64,000 nt of DNA, from positions 15,147 through 79,146 of the forward strand of contig JBEKMZ010000001.1 in NCBI GenBank assembly GCA_049523315.1, in the 5' to 3' direction. Shown here one piece after another: positions 8,941 to 17,944 of this stretch. The notes under the pieces are model-generated. The model searched no databases, had not been told where the DNA came from, and was given only the letters and a program-made list of their open reading frames with translations. The DNA comes from Acidimicrobiales bacterium. Lineage in GTDB: Bacteria > Actinomycetota > Acidimicrobiia > Acidimicrobiales > Bog-793. Made by a program: the position numbers and the translations under genes. The number at the start of each line of letters is the position of its first letter. Within the stretch, counting starts at the first letter, position 1.

Positions 8941-9834
8941 ATGCGCGCCTATCTGACCGGTGGAACCGGCTTTGTCGGCGCCTGGCTTCTGCGCCATCTT
9001 GCCGAGGTCGGAGACACCGCCGTCGCCCCGGGCCCGGAGGTGGACGTCTTGGACCTTGACCTTTTGGCCGGCGACCTTGAAGCGGCGGCGCCCGAGGTTG
9101 TGTACCACCTGGCGGCGCTCACCCATGTCGGCCGGTCCTGGAGGGAACCGGGCGAGACCTTCCGCGTCAACGCCCTCGGCACCTTGAACCTCCTCGAGGC
9201 CGCGGCACGCTGCCCAACTCCTCCGGCCGTCGTGCTCGTGAGCTCGGCGGAGGTCTACGGGCCAGCCACCGACGCCGGGCCACTTGACGAGCAGTCGGAC
9301 CTCCGGCCCGTAACCCCGTACGCGGCGAGCAAGGTGGCAGCCGAGTTCCTCGGCCTGCAGGCCTTTTTGGGGCGCGGGCTTCGCGTCGTTAGGGCGAGGC
9401 CCTTCAATCACGTGGGGCCCGGCCAGTCCGAGGACTTCGTGGTCTCGGCGCTTGCAAAAAGGATGATAGAGGCCGAGCTCGGAAAGACCGCGACCGTCCG
9501 GGTCGGCAACCTCGCCGTCTCGCGCGACTTCACAGATGTGCGCGACGTCGTGCGCGCCTACCGGCTCCTCGCGACAGACGGGGTCGCCGGCGAGGCGTAC
9601 AACATCTGCTCGGGGCGCGCGATCAGCATCGCGGAGCTCGCCGATCAGATGGCGGGGCTGCTCTCGGGCGAGGTCCGCCTGGTCGAGGACCCTGCCCTGT
9701 TCCGCCCGATCGAGGTCCCGGTTCTCCTAGGAGACGACTCCAAGCTCGTGGCTGCTACGGGCTGGCACCCCGAGATCGCCTTGTCGAGCACGCTGTCGGA
9801 CGTCCTCGGCTACTGGCGCGGGCGCCTCGGCTGA
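8941..9834 (+). CDS. rmd: Rmd-like GDP-4-keto-6-deoxy-mannose reductase / GDP-sugar SDR
   Basis: TGGTGFVG, VYHLAA, SSAEVYG, YAASK, RARPFNHVGPGQ, RDFTDVRDVVRAY and YNICSG. TAGCCT at 8928-8933 lies 7 nt before the ATG. Confidence 0.65.
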   Translation: MRAYLTGGTGFVGAWLLRHLAEVGDTAVAPGPEVDVLDLDLLAGDLEAAAPEVVYHLAALTHVGRSWREPGETFRVNALGTLNLLEAAARCPTPPAVVLVSSAEVYGPATDAGPLDEQSDLRPVTPYAASKVAAEFLGLQAFLGRGLRVVRARPFNHVGPGQSEDFVVSALAKRMIEAELGKTATVRVGNLAVSRDFTDVRDVVRAYRLLATDGVAGEAYNICSGRAISIAELADQMAGLLSGEVRLVEDPALFRPIEVPVLLGDDSKLVAATGWHPEIALSSTLSDVLGYWRGRLG

Positions 9835-9835
9835 C

Positions 9836-10159
9836 TCAGGCCGAGAGGCCGAAGACCCGAGTGCGGAGCTCGTCGCGAGCCTCGCGAGCCTGCTGGACGA
9901 CGGCCTGCACGGGTTCGGGGAGCCGGTCGATGACTGGCTCAAGGCTGGAGTCGACGAGCTTCAACACCTGCGCGACGGTGGCGTCGAAGTCCCTCGCCCT
10001 CTTGGCCATGTGATCGCGTCCCCCCGAGAGCTCCTGGCGGCGTACCTGTGCCTTTTGGAACCCGAGGACGCCGGCTCCGATCGCGATATAGGAGGCTTCC
10101 TTTGCCAAGCTCGCCAGAGCTCCGGCCGCCTTCGCGAGATCCTGTCGTACGTCGGTCAT
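9836..10159 (-). CDS. Small helical hypothetical protein (phasin-like)
   Basis: 107 aa with SYIAIGAGVLGFQKAQVRRQEL and an amphipathic helical pattern. AGGAGCAGGAG ribosome-binding site; TATAGT -10 on the minus strand at 10190-10195. Confidence 0.7.
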   Translation of the reverse strand: MTDVRQDLAKAAGALASLAKEASYIAIGAGVLGFQKAQVRRQELSGGRDHMAKRARDFDATVAQVLKLVDSSLEPVIDRLPEPVQAVVQQAREARDELRTRVFGLSA

Positions 10160-10260
10160 CTCCTGCTCCTCTTAGTTGCCGATGTGCTAACTATAGCAAG
10201 CAAACCCAGTGAGGCAGCGCCGGTCTCGGGTTGACCGTCCGCGGTAGCGTGGTGGCCCTG

Positions 10261-13200
10261 ATGCCGGAGGACCAAGTCCCACCGGTCGTCGCCGTGGTCG
10301 TCGCCAATGACCCAGGTCGGTGGTTCGAGGAATGTCTGGAGGCTCTGGGCGCTCAGGACTATCCCAACCTCGACGTGCTCGTCGTCGACGCCGCGAGCCA
10401 CGATGAACTGACCGCACGTGTTGCTGCGGTGCTGCCGCGCGCCTTCATTCTCCGCCAGGACGACGCGACCGGGTTCGCGGCTGCCGCGAACGAGGCCCTG
10501 TTCGCTGTCGAGGGCGCATCCCACCTCTTGGTCTGCCACGACGACGTGGCACCGGCCCCGGACGCCGTGCGGTGCATGGTGGGGGAGTCCTATCGTTCGA
10601 ATGCCGGCATCGTCGGCCCCAAGCTCGTGGAGTGGGACGCCCCCGACCGCCTCCTTCAGGTCGGTATCGGCGTCGACCGCTTCGGCGCCACCGTCGAGCG
10701 CGTCGAGGCCGGTGAGCTCGATCAGGCCCAGCACGACGAGGTACGTGAGGTGTTCGCCGTGCCGGGCGGCTGCACGCTGGTTCGAGCCGACCTTTTTAAG
10801 GCACTGGGTGGCTTCGACGAGGACATCTCGATGTTCGGCGAGGACGTGGACCTGTGCTGGCGCGCCCAGGTGGCCGGAGCGCGGGTCGTTGTCGCTCCCC
10901 AGGCGCGCGTGCGGCACCTCCAGGTGGCGCGCTCGGGTTTGCGCGCCGTCGGTGACGTCGCCGCGCTGCGCCGGCGTCACGAGCTGCGTGCGGTGCTCAA
11001 GAACTACGACGCACCGCGTCGCCTGCTCGTGGGCGTCGACCTCGCGGCCGGTTCGATCGTCGAGGCCACACTCGCTCTGTTGAGGGGCGATCGCCCGCGC
11101 GCCAAGCGGGTGAGGGACGCGTGGTGGTGGAACTGGCGCCACCGCAAGAGCCGCAGGATCGCCCGCAAGGCCCTCGCGCGGGTTCGCCAGCAGCCCGACA
11201 GCGCCGTTGCGGGGTTGTTGAGCCGCGGTGGGCGACGCTCGGCCCTCGAGTCGGGCCAAGGTGGTCCCGTGCGGCCGGTCCCCGTCGGCCCGGTCGGGCC
11301 GGTCGGTCCTGCCGTCGAGACACTTTTCGGAAACGAGGACGATGCCGAGCCGATTCGACCCGTGGCACGCCGTCGCGGCCAGGTCGAGCTGCCAGGCACG
11401 GGCTGGGCGGTGGCCGGCCTGATCGTCGTTGTGGCCTTCAGCCTCCGCAATCTGTTCGCCGGCCACCTGCCGCTCGTGGGCGAGCTCCTGCCCTTCCCTG
11501 CGCCCGCCGTGCTGTTGCGCGAGTTCTTCGGCGGCTGGCAGGACGCAGGCTGGCAGGCGACCGGCCCCGCTCCCGCGGCCTTTGGCCTGGTGGGGCTCGC
11601 TGGGTCTGTTCTCCTCGGGAGCACCGCCCAGGTCGAAAAGCTGCTGCTGTTGGGCCCTATCGTTGTTGGCGCCGTCGGGATGCACCGACTCCTGCGCCCG
11701 CTCGGCTCCAGTAGGGCGCGCCTGGCAGGCACGATCGCCTATCTCGGGCTGCCGCTTGTCTGGAACGGGGTCGCGGCCGGGGACCTGCAGGCCCTCGTGA
11801 CCTTCGCCGGCATGCCCTTTGTCGTGTCGCGGGTCTGCCGTGCGACGCGCCTTTCGCCGTTCGTATCCGAGGACGACCCAACCGGCTGGCGGGCGGTGGT
11901 CGCGGAGGTGGTGCCGTTCGGCCTCCTGCTGGCTCTGCTTGCCGCCTTGGCACCGCCATCGGTGGTGGCCGTGGCGGCGCTCGCACTTGCCGTCGTCCTG
12001 GGCTCTTTGGTGGCGGGCTGCCTGCGCGCGGTCCTTCGTGCCCTCGGTGTCACAGCCGGGGCGTTGGTTGTCGCCTTCGTCTGCTGCCTCCCATGGTCCT
12101 TGACATTCGTCCAGGTGGGAGCGAGGTGGGCCATCCTGGGCGGCGCGGTCGGCTCACCGGGGACCACGGGCGGCATTCTGCGGCTATTTCGTTTCGCCGA
12201 AGGTCCGATTGGCGCGGGCTGGCTCGACTGGGGGATCCCGCTCGGTGCGGGCTTCGTGCTCTTCGTGGCCCGCGACTTGCGCCTCGAGTGGGCCACGCGC
12301 TGGTGGATCGCGGCGGTGACAACGGTGGCGTTTGCCTATGCCGGGGCGGTGGGCTGGCTCGGTGCCGGCGGGGGGGCGACGCTCGTCCTGCTGGCTCCTG
12401 CGGCTTGCTGTCTCGCGGCCGCGGTTGGCCTCGGCGTGGCCGCCTTCGAGGTCGACCTTGCCCAGAGCCGTTTCGGATGGCGCCAGAACCTCTCTCTTGC
12501 GGCGGGACTTTGCCTGGTCGTCGGGCTGTTCCCGACACTCGTCTCGTCGGTGGACGGACGTTCGTCTCTTCCTTCGGCCGGCTTCGAGCAGATACTCGGC
12601 TGGACCGCACGGGCGTCGGGCTCGCAGGGCTACGAGGTGCTCTGGCTCGGTGATCCCTCGAGCATGCCCGCACCCTCCTGGCAGATAAGGCGCGGGCTCG
12701 CGTTCGCGGTTAGCGAGGACGGGCTCCCGGACGGCAGCCGGCTCTGGCCGAGCGCGGATCCGGGCGCCGGGACAGGGGTTGAGAGGTCCGTGGTCCGAGC
12801 GGAGGAGGGCCTGACCGTCCGGCTCGGCTCCGAGCTTGCCGCGGCGGGAATCCGGTACGTCGTCATGCCAGACGGCATCGCCCCATCCCTGCCCGGCGTC
12901 CAGGCTCCGCCCTCGGTGCCGCCCTCGCGAGGCCTTATCCAGGCGCTCCAGGCACAAAGCGACCTGCGTCAGCTCCCGACCGAGGGCGGGGTGATCGCCT
13001 TCGAGAACGTGGCCTGGCCACTGGCCGGGAGCCCCACGTCGGACTCCGTCGTCACCCTCGGTCCAAGCGCCGGAGGGACTTCGGCTGATCTGAGGGAGAT
13101 AGCCTTGGCGGCGGGCCTGCTTGCCGTCGCGCTCGCGATCTGCGAGGGCATCCTCCGGCGCAGGCGCAACCGCCACCGGCGCGCCTTCGGCGCGCCTTCG

Positions 13201-13323
13201 GGTGACGACGCCGCAGAGAGCGCTCCCTGGCAGGGCGACGCGAGAGGGCCGTCCACTGACTCGGAGGCGCCGCGGGACGGGGCGACCCCACAGTCCGAGC
13301 CGGCCCCGAGCGCACTGCCATGA
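10261..13323 (+). CDS. GT2 glycosyltransferase fused to a large polytopic membrane domain and an extracytoplasmic domain
   Basis: N-terminal GT-A (LVVDAAS, LVCHDDV, GGFDEDISMFGEDVDLCWR), then more than 10 hydrophobic segments and a soluble region containing GIRYVV. The start could also be 10231 or 10252. Confidence 0.8.
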   Translation: MPEDQVPPVVAVVVANDPGRWFEECLEALGAQDYPNLDVLVVDAASHDELTARVAAVLPRAFILRQDDATGFAAAANEALFAVEGASHLLVCHDDVAPAPDAVRCMVGESYRSNAGIVGPKLVEWDAPDRLLQVGIGVDRFGATVERVEAGELDQAQHDEVREVFAVPGGCTLVRADLFKALGGFDEDISMFGEDVDLCWRAQVAGARVVVAPQARVRHLQVARSGLRAVGDVAALRRRHELRAVLKNYDAPRRLLVGVDLAAGSIVEATLALLRGDRPRAKRVRDAWWWNWRHRKSRRIARKALARVRQQPDSAVAGLLSRGGRRSALESGQGGPVRPVPVGPVGPVGPAVETLFGNEDDAEPIRPVARRRGQVELPGTGWAVAGLIVVVAFSLRNLFAGHLPLVGELLPFPAPAVLLREFFGGWQDAGWQATGPAPAAFGLVGLAGSVLLGSTAQVEKLLLLGPIVVGAVGMHRLLRPLGSSRARLAGTIAYLGLPLVWNGVAAGDLQALVTFAGMPFVVSRVCRATRLSPFVSEDDPTGWRAVVAEVVPFGLLLALLAALAPPSVVAVAALALAVVLGSLVAGCLRAVLRALGVTAGALVVAFVCCLPWSLTFVQVGARWAILGGAVGSPGTTGGILRLFRFAEGPIGAGWLDWGIPLGAGFVLFVARDLRLEWATRWWIAAVTTVAFAYAGAVGWLGAGGGATLVLLAPAACCLAAAVGLGVAAFEVDLAQSRFGWRQNLSLAAGLCLVVGLFPTLVSSVDGRSSLPSAGFEQILGWTARASGSQGYEVLWLGDPSSMPAPSWQIRRGLAFAVSEDGLPDGSRLWPSADPGAGTGVERSVVRAEEGLTVRLGSELAAAGIRYVVMPDGIAPSLPGVQAPPSVPPSRGLIQALQAQSDLRQLPTEGGVIAFENVAWPLAGSPTSDSVVTLGPSAGGTSADLREIALAAGLLAVALAICEGILRRRRNRHRRAFGAPSGDDAAESAPWQGDARGPSTDSEAPRDGATPQSEPAPSALP

Positions 13324-14873
13324 AAGGCGCCGGCCGTCTCTGGCCGCATTCGGGCAAACGTACTCTCGGCGCCAGGGGCCGGTCCCTGCTCGGAGTCGGG
13401 ATCGGTGTCGCCGCGCTCGTGGCTCTCAACGGTGTCGTGAACGAGACGAGCGTCGCGTCCTACGGGGGCCAGTTCGTTGGAGCACCGCCGCTGCCGGCGG
13501 TGCAGATGGGCCGGCCGAGCGCCTGGCGCTGCCCGGGGCCCCTGCCCGTCGGTGTGGGCAAGGAGCGATCGCGCATCGCGATCGTGAACAGCTCCGGCTT
13601 GCCTGTCGGCGTCACCGTGACCGTGTCGCGCACTGACCGCCCCGCCGGGGGGATCTCCGGCGCGAGCTCGGTCACGGCGTCACACTTCCGGCTCGACCGG
13701 CATTCGCAAGCGGTGCTGACCCTGTCCAAGACTGGTCCGGCCGGGTACGCGGCAGTCTCGGTCGAGACCGATGGGGGCGGGGTCGGCGTCGAAGAGTCGA
13801 TCCGGGGCATGCAGAGCGCCGCGGGTGCCGCCGCGGTTTCGTCCCCGTGCTCACTCGGCTCCGCGCCACGTGGGTATATTCCCACCGGGAGCACTTACGG
13901 CAGCTCCGACGTCCTCGTTTCGCTCTACGACCCCGACGCGACCTCGGCCGTCGTCGACCTGAGCGTCTCGGACGGGACGACGCTTACATCCCCGCCCGCC
14001 TTTCAAGGCGTCGTCGTCCCTGCCGACGGCCTCGCCGTTCTCGATCTGCGCCGCTGGGCCTTCCAGCTGAGCTCACTGGCCGTCACCGCGTCCGCCGTAA
14101 GCGGGGACGTGGTCGTCGGAGCGCTCGAGACCACAAAGGAGCTCGTCGCCGTGGCGACCGCGTCGACAGGTGCCCACCGGGTGGCCCATGTACACATCAT
14201 CGGCACCTCACTGCTCGTCGGGCCGGACAGGGCCATAGGGCAGTGGGCCTTCACCGCCTTGCAGTCGCGCATAGGCGTGGCAAGCATGTTCTCGGTCTAT
14301 GACCCGGGCACCAGGCAGGTGTCGGTCAGCGTCGCACCGCCCGGTCGATCGGGCATCGTGGCAGCGCTGACCGAGGACGTGCCGGCGGGCGGCATCGTCG
14401 AGTTCGCGACTCCCATCGCACCCGGGACGCGCCTTGGCGCGAACTCCGTCGTGGTCAGCGCCCAAGGCGGCACGCCCATCGTCGTCGCCCGTCTCACGAC
14501 AAGAGAGAGGGCCCGGACCCTCGAGGAGCTGAACGCGACCTCGGGCACCGCCGGGCCCCGCAAGATCTGGCTGCTGGCCGGTGCCGTGGTGACGCGCGGG
14601 ATCGATGACTTCGTGACCCTGACCGACCCGGGCGCGCAGAGCGCGTCGGTGATACTGACCGAGCTCCCCGATCTGCCGGCGGTCCCGGTCCGGTTCAAGA
14701 CGATCACCCTGCTTGCTGGAACCCAGCGCAACGTGGACCTCGGGCCCTTGATGAAAGACGTCCCCGAGTTCGCCCTCGAGGTGTCGGCAACTACCCCGAT
14801 CCTGGTCGAGGAGCAGCTCAGGCCCCGAGATGGCATCACAGCCGCAAGCGGGGCGATTCCAGTCCTGCCCTGA
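13320..14873 (+). CDS. DUF5719-like membrane-anchored extracytoplasmic protein
   Basis: N-terminal hydrophobic helix, WRCPGP motif, beta-rich repeats (LYDPDATSAVVDL, LTDPGAQSASV). ATGA-coupled to the large GT2, matching the usual actinobacterial GT2-DUF5719 pairing. Confidence 0.6.
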   Translation: MKGAGRLWPHSGKRTLGARGRSLLGVGIGVAALVALNGVVNETSVASYGGQFVGAPPLPAVQMGRPSAWRCPGPLPVGVGKERSRIAIVNSSGLPVGVTVTVSRTDRPAGGISGASSVTASHFRLDRHSQAVLTLSKTGPAGYAAVSVETDGGGVGVEESIRGMQSAAGAAAVSSPCSLGSAPRGYIPTGSTYGSSDVLVSLYDPDATSAVVDLSVSDGTTLTSPPAFQGVVVPADGLAVLDLRRWAFQLSSLAVTASAVSGDVVVGALETTKELVAVATASTGAHRVAHVHIIGTSLLVGPDRAIGQWAFTALQSRIGVASMFSVYDPGTRQVSVSVAPPGRSGIVAALTEDVPAGGIVEFATPIAPGTRLGANSVVVSAQGGTPIVVARLTTRERARTLEELNATSGTAGPRKIWLLAGAVVTRGIDDFVTLTDPGAQSASVILTELPDLPAVPVRFKTITLLAGTQRNVDLGPLMKDVPEFALEVSATTPILVEEQLRPRDGITAASGAIPVLP

Positions 14874-14924
14874 GAGCACAGTGCCGCCCGCTGCGCTGCG
14901 GCGCCCATTCGTGCGCGGCGGGTC

Positions 14925-16925
14925 TCAGACCTCGGTTGGGGGGACTGCCTTAGAGGGAAGGCTGGACACCGCCGGCGCCATCAGCCCGCCTGAGAGCGAG
15001 GGGGCGTAGCGCTCGGTGATGGCCTTCTCCTCGCCCTCGGCCGGGCTGTGCACCGGCTTGCCGTAGGCGGCGTCGATCAACCGGGCGATCTCGGCGCCGT
15101 CGACCGTCTCGAACTCGAGCAGGGCGTGCGCGACCGCTTCCAGGCCGGCCCTGTGCTCGCGAAGCACGCTCGTGGCCCGGGCCTCCTGCTCGCGCAGGAT
15201 CCTGGCGACTTCCTCGTCGACCACCCGGCTCGTGTCCTCTGAGTAGTCACGTGTGTGCATGAGGTCCTCGCCAAGAAAGACCATGCCCTGGGATCCCCAG
15301 GCCATCGGCCCCACGCGTTCGGACATGCCCCACTCGCGGACCATCTTGCGGGCCAGCTCGGTGTTGCGCTGCAGGTCGTCGCTGGCGCCGGTCGAGAGGT
15401 CGCCGTAGATCATCAGCTCGGCCACGCGCCCGCCCATGCGGACCACGAGCGAGTCTTCGATGTACTCGCGTGGGTAGATGTGCCGCTCCTCGGTCGGGAG
15501 CTGCTGGGTGACCCCGAGGGCGAGGCCGGTCGGGATGATGCTCACCTTGAGCAAGGGGTCGGCGTGCGGGAGGACGTAGGCGAGCACGGCATGGCCGCCC
15601 TCGTGGAAGGCGACCCGCGACTTTTCGAGGTCGGACAGCACCAGGCTGTCACGGGGCTGGCCCATCAAGATCCGGTCCCGGGCGGCGTCGAAATCGCGCA
15701 TCTCGATGAACTGGCTCCCGCGCCTTACCGCGTGCAGCGCCGCCTCGTTGACGAGGTTGGCGAGATCGGCACCGGACATACCGGGCGTCCCACGGGCGAT
15801 GATCGACAGGTCCACGTCGGGGCCCATGCGCTTGTCCTTGCAGTGCACCTTCAAGATCGGCAGGCGCTCGTCGAGGTCCGGCAGCGGCACGACGATCTGG
15901 CGGTCGAAGCGGCCGGGGCGCAACAGCGCAGGGTCCAAGATGTCTGGCCGGTTCGTCGCGGCCATGACGACGATGCCCTCGGCGACGTCGAATCCGTCCA
16001 TCTCCGACAGCATCTGGTTGAGGGTCTGCTCGCGCTCGTCATGCCCGCCGCCGAGCCCGGCACCGCGCTTGCGCCCGATGGAGTCGATCTCGTCGACGAA
16101 GATGATCGCAGGGGCCTGCTTGCGGGCGGTTTGGAACAGGTCACGGACGCGACTCGCGCCGACGCCTACGAACATCTCCATGAAGTCCGAGCCGCTCACC
16201 GACAAGAAGGGGACTCCGGCCTCGCCGGCGACGGCACGGGCGAGCAGCGTCTTGCCGGTTCCGGGCGGGCCTACGAGCAGCACGCCCTTTGGCACCCGGG
16301 CGCCGATCTCCTTGAAGCGCCCGGGAGACTTGAGAAAGTCGACGACTTCGCTGATCTCCTGTTTGACGCCTTGATAGCCCGCGACATCATCGAAGGTCGT
16401 ACGGGGCCGCTCGGCGGTATAGACCTTGGCGCGGGACCGCCCGATCGACATGATGCCCGACATCTGTCCCTGGGCGCGCCTCGACATCCATACGAAAAAG
16501 CCGATGATCAAAGCGACGGGGAGCAGGTATATGAGGATCTCGCCGAGGGCACTCGAGCTCGGTGTCGAGAAGGTGTACTTAATGCCGGCCGCCTTCAGCT
16601 CGGCGTAGAAAGAGTCGGGAAGCTGGCTCGGCCCGGTCGAGGTGTAGTTGGTGCCGTTGGTGAGCGTCCCGGTGATCCCGCCGGTCGTGTTGTTGAAATT
16701 GGCGGTCTTCACCTGGTGGGTGATGAGGTCGTGCTGGAACTGCGAGAACTGTATGGACTTAGAGGCCGTCTTGTTGAACATGCCCGAGCCGATGAAAAGG
16801 ACGATCAGTACGACGACGACGAGCGCGATAGCCCAGCGCCAGACCTGGTCCGAGCCCGAGGGGGAACCGGGACCGTTCCTTCCCGGTCCGCTGCCAGGGC
16901 GCATGTCTTGAGGCTGACGACTCAC
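14925..16925 (-). CDS. ftsH: ATP-dependent zinc metalloprotease FtsH
   Basis: Two TM helices, Walker [18 protein letters not shown] pore motif, Walker [32 protein letters not shown], zinc motif HEGGH and GASDDL. Alternative start ATG 16904. Confidence 0.95.
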   Translation of the reverse strand: MSRQPQDMRPGSGPGRNGPGSPSGSDQVWRWAIALVVVVLIVLFIGSGMFNKTASKSIQFSQFQHDLITHQVKTANFNNTTGGITGTLTNGTNYTSTGPSQLPDSFYAELKAAGIKYTFSTPSSSALGEILIYLLPVALIIGFFVWMSRRAQGQMSGIMSIGRSRAKVYTAERPRTTFDDVAGYQGVKQEISEVVDFLKSPGRFKEIGARVPKGVLLVGPPGTGKTLLARAVAGEAGVPFLSVSGSDFMEMFVGVGASRVRDLFQTARKQAPAIIFVDEIDSIGRKRGAGLGGGHDEREQTLNQMLSEMDGFDVAEGIVVMAATNRPDILDPALLRPGRFDRQIVVPLPDLDERLPILKVHCKDKRMGPDVDLSIIARGTPGMSGADLANLVNEAALHAVRRGSQFIEMRDFDAARDRILMGQPRDSLVLSDLEKSRVAFHEGGHAVLAYVLPHADPLLKVSIIPTGLALGVTQQLPTEERHIYPREYIEDSLVVRMGGRVAELMIYGDLSTGASDDLQRNTELARKMVREWGMSERVGPMAWGSQGMVFLGEDLMHTRDYSEDTSRVVDEEVARILREQEARATSVLREHRAGLEAVAHALLEFETVDGAEIARLIDAAYGKPVHSPAEGEEKAITERYAPSLSGGLMAPAVSSLPSKAVPPTEV

Positions 16926-16977
16926 GCCGCCTATCGTAGGCGGCGGCGAGACGGGGCCGGTCCGCGGGCCCGTCTCG
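16925..16977. promoter_or_regulatory. Two adjacent inverted repeats overlapping the probable ftsH -10 box
   Basis: CGCCGCCTA(16925-33)/TAGGCGGCG(16937-45) and CGAGACGGG(16947-55)/CCCGTCTCG(16969-77). Minus-strand TACGAT (16938-16933) lies 7 nt before GTG 16925. Confidence 0.5.
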
Positions 16978-17043
16978 TGGGCCTGCTCCGATCACCCCAT
17001 GCCGGGCGTGTCGCGCCACGGCCGCGTCTTGGGCTTGACCTGT

Positions 17044-17922
17044 ATGGCTCCTGACGACGACGCTCGCAGGGTGAACAGCCGCCGCGCTCGCCGCAACACG
17101 GCGACCACAAGCGAGCCGACGGTCTCCGCGCCCAGGTCGCGCTCAGAGGCTGTCTCCAACTCCTTCGGCTTGACCGAGGCGATATTCGGCATCGTGGCCG
17201 GCTTCCTCCTTGCCACCCTCGCCGTCTCGGCCTACGCGGCCTCGACCCCGCATGGCCAGCACACGAGCCAGTACGGCGAGGAAGTGGTGAGCCTGCTCGG
17301 GCTCTGGGTCGGCTTCGTCGGAGCCCCCGTCGTGGCGACGCGGGTCGCGGCGCGCGAGGCACGCGCCCGGCCCGTCCTCGCCGAGCCAGGCCGGTCCGCA
17401 CGAACGGGATCAGGGAGCTTGGTGCGTGACTACGGGCTTGTCTTGAGGCCGTGGCCCGACATACCTCTCGGGATCGTCGCCGGTGTGGCCTCCCAGTACC
17501 TCTTGGTCCCGGTGGTAGAGGCACCGCTTCTCCCCTTTGTCCACCACCTGTACACGCGCCTCGGCCATCCGGCCCAGAACCTCACAGGGCACGCCTTCGG
17601 ACCGGGGCTCGTCGTGTTGGCAGTGCTGGTCTGTGTCGGGAGCCCTGTCGTCGAGGAGCTGTTCTTCCGTGGCCTGCTGCTGCGGGCCCTCATGGGCAGG
17701 ATGAGAGATCTCGGGCCGCGCCTCGGCCCGGCGGTTTCGATAGCCCTCACGGCGCTGGTGTTCGCGTTCGCCCATTTCGAGGCTCTGCAGTTCCTCGGGC
17801 TCTTGGGTTTCGGGGTCGTGCTCAGTTGCCTCGCCTGGCGCACGGGGCGCCTCGGGCCCTCGATCGTCGCTCACATGGCGTTCAACACCGTCACGATCAT
17901 CGCCATAGTGGCCGCGCGATGA
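17044..17922 (+). CDS. CPBP family intramembrane metalloprotease (CAAX/Abi)
   Basis: PVVEELFFRGLL, FAFAHF and SIVAHMAFN motifs with multiple TM helices. Start could be 16999. Confidence 0.88.
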   Translation: MAPDDDARRVNSRRARRNTATTSEPTVSAPRSRSEAVSNSFGLTEAIFGIVAGFLLATLAVSAYAASTPHGQHTSQYGEEVVSLLGLWVGFVGAPVVATRVAAREARARPVLAEPGRSARTGSGSLVRDYGLVLRPWPDIPLGIVAGVASQYLLVPVVEAPLLPFVHHLYTRLGHPAQNLTGHAFGPGLVVLAVLVCVGSPVVEELFFRGLLLRALMGRMRDLGPRLGPAVSIALTALVFAFAHFEALQFLGLLGFGVVLSCLAWRTGRLGPSIVAHMAFNTVTIIAIVAAR

Positions 17923-17944
17923 GTCCCGAGTAGGCTCGGCCACG

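Noticed and set aside
15255-17054. 599-aa plus-strand ORF and similar long antisense ORFs (e.g. 10156-11685, 19890-21104, 38862-40007, 53363-54823)
   Set aside because: Shadow ORFs opposite well-supported genes; expected in high-GC DNA and carry no motifs.
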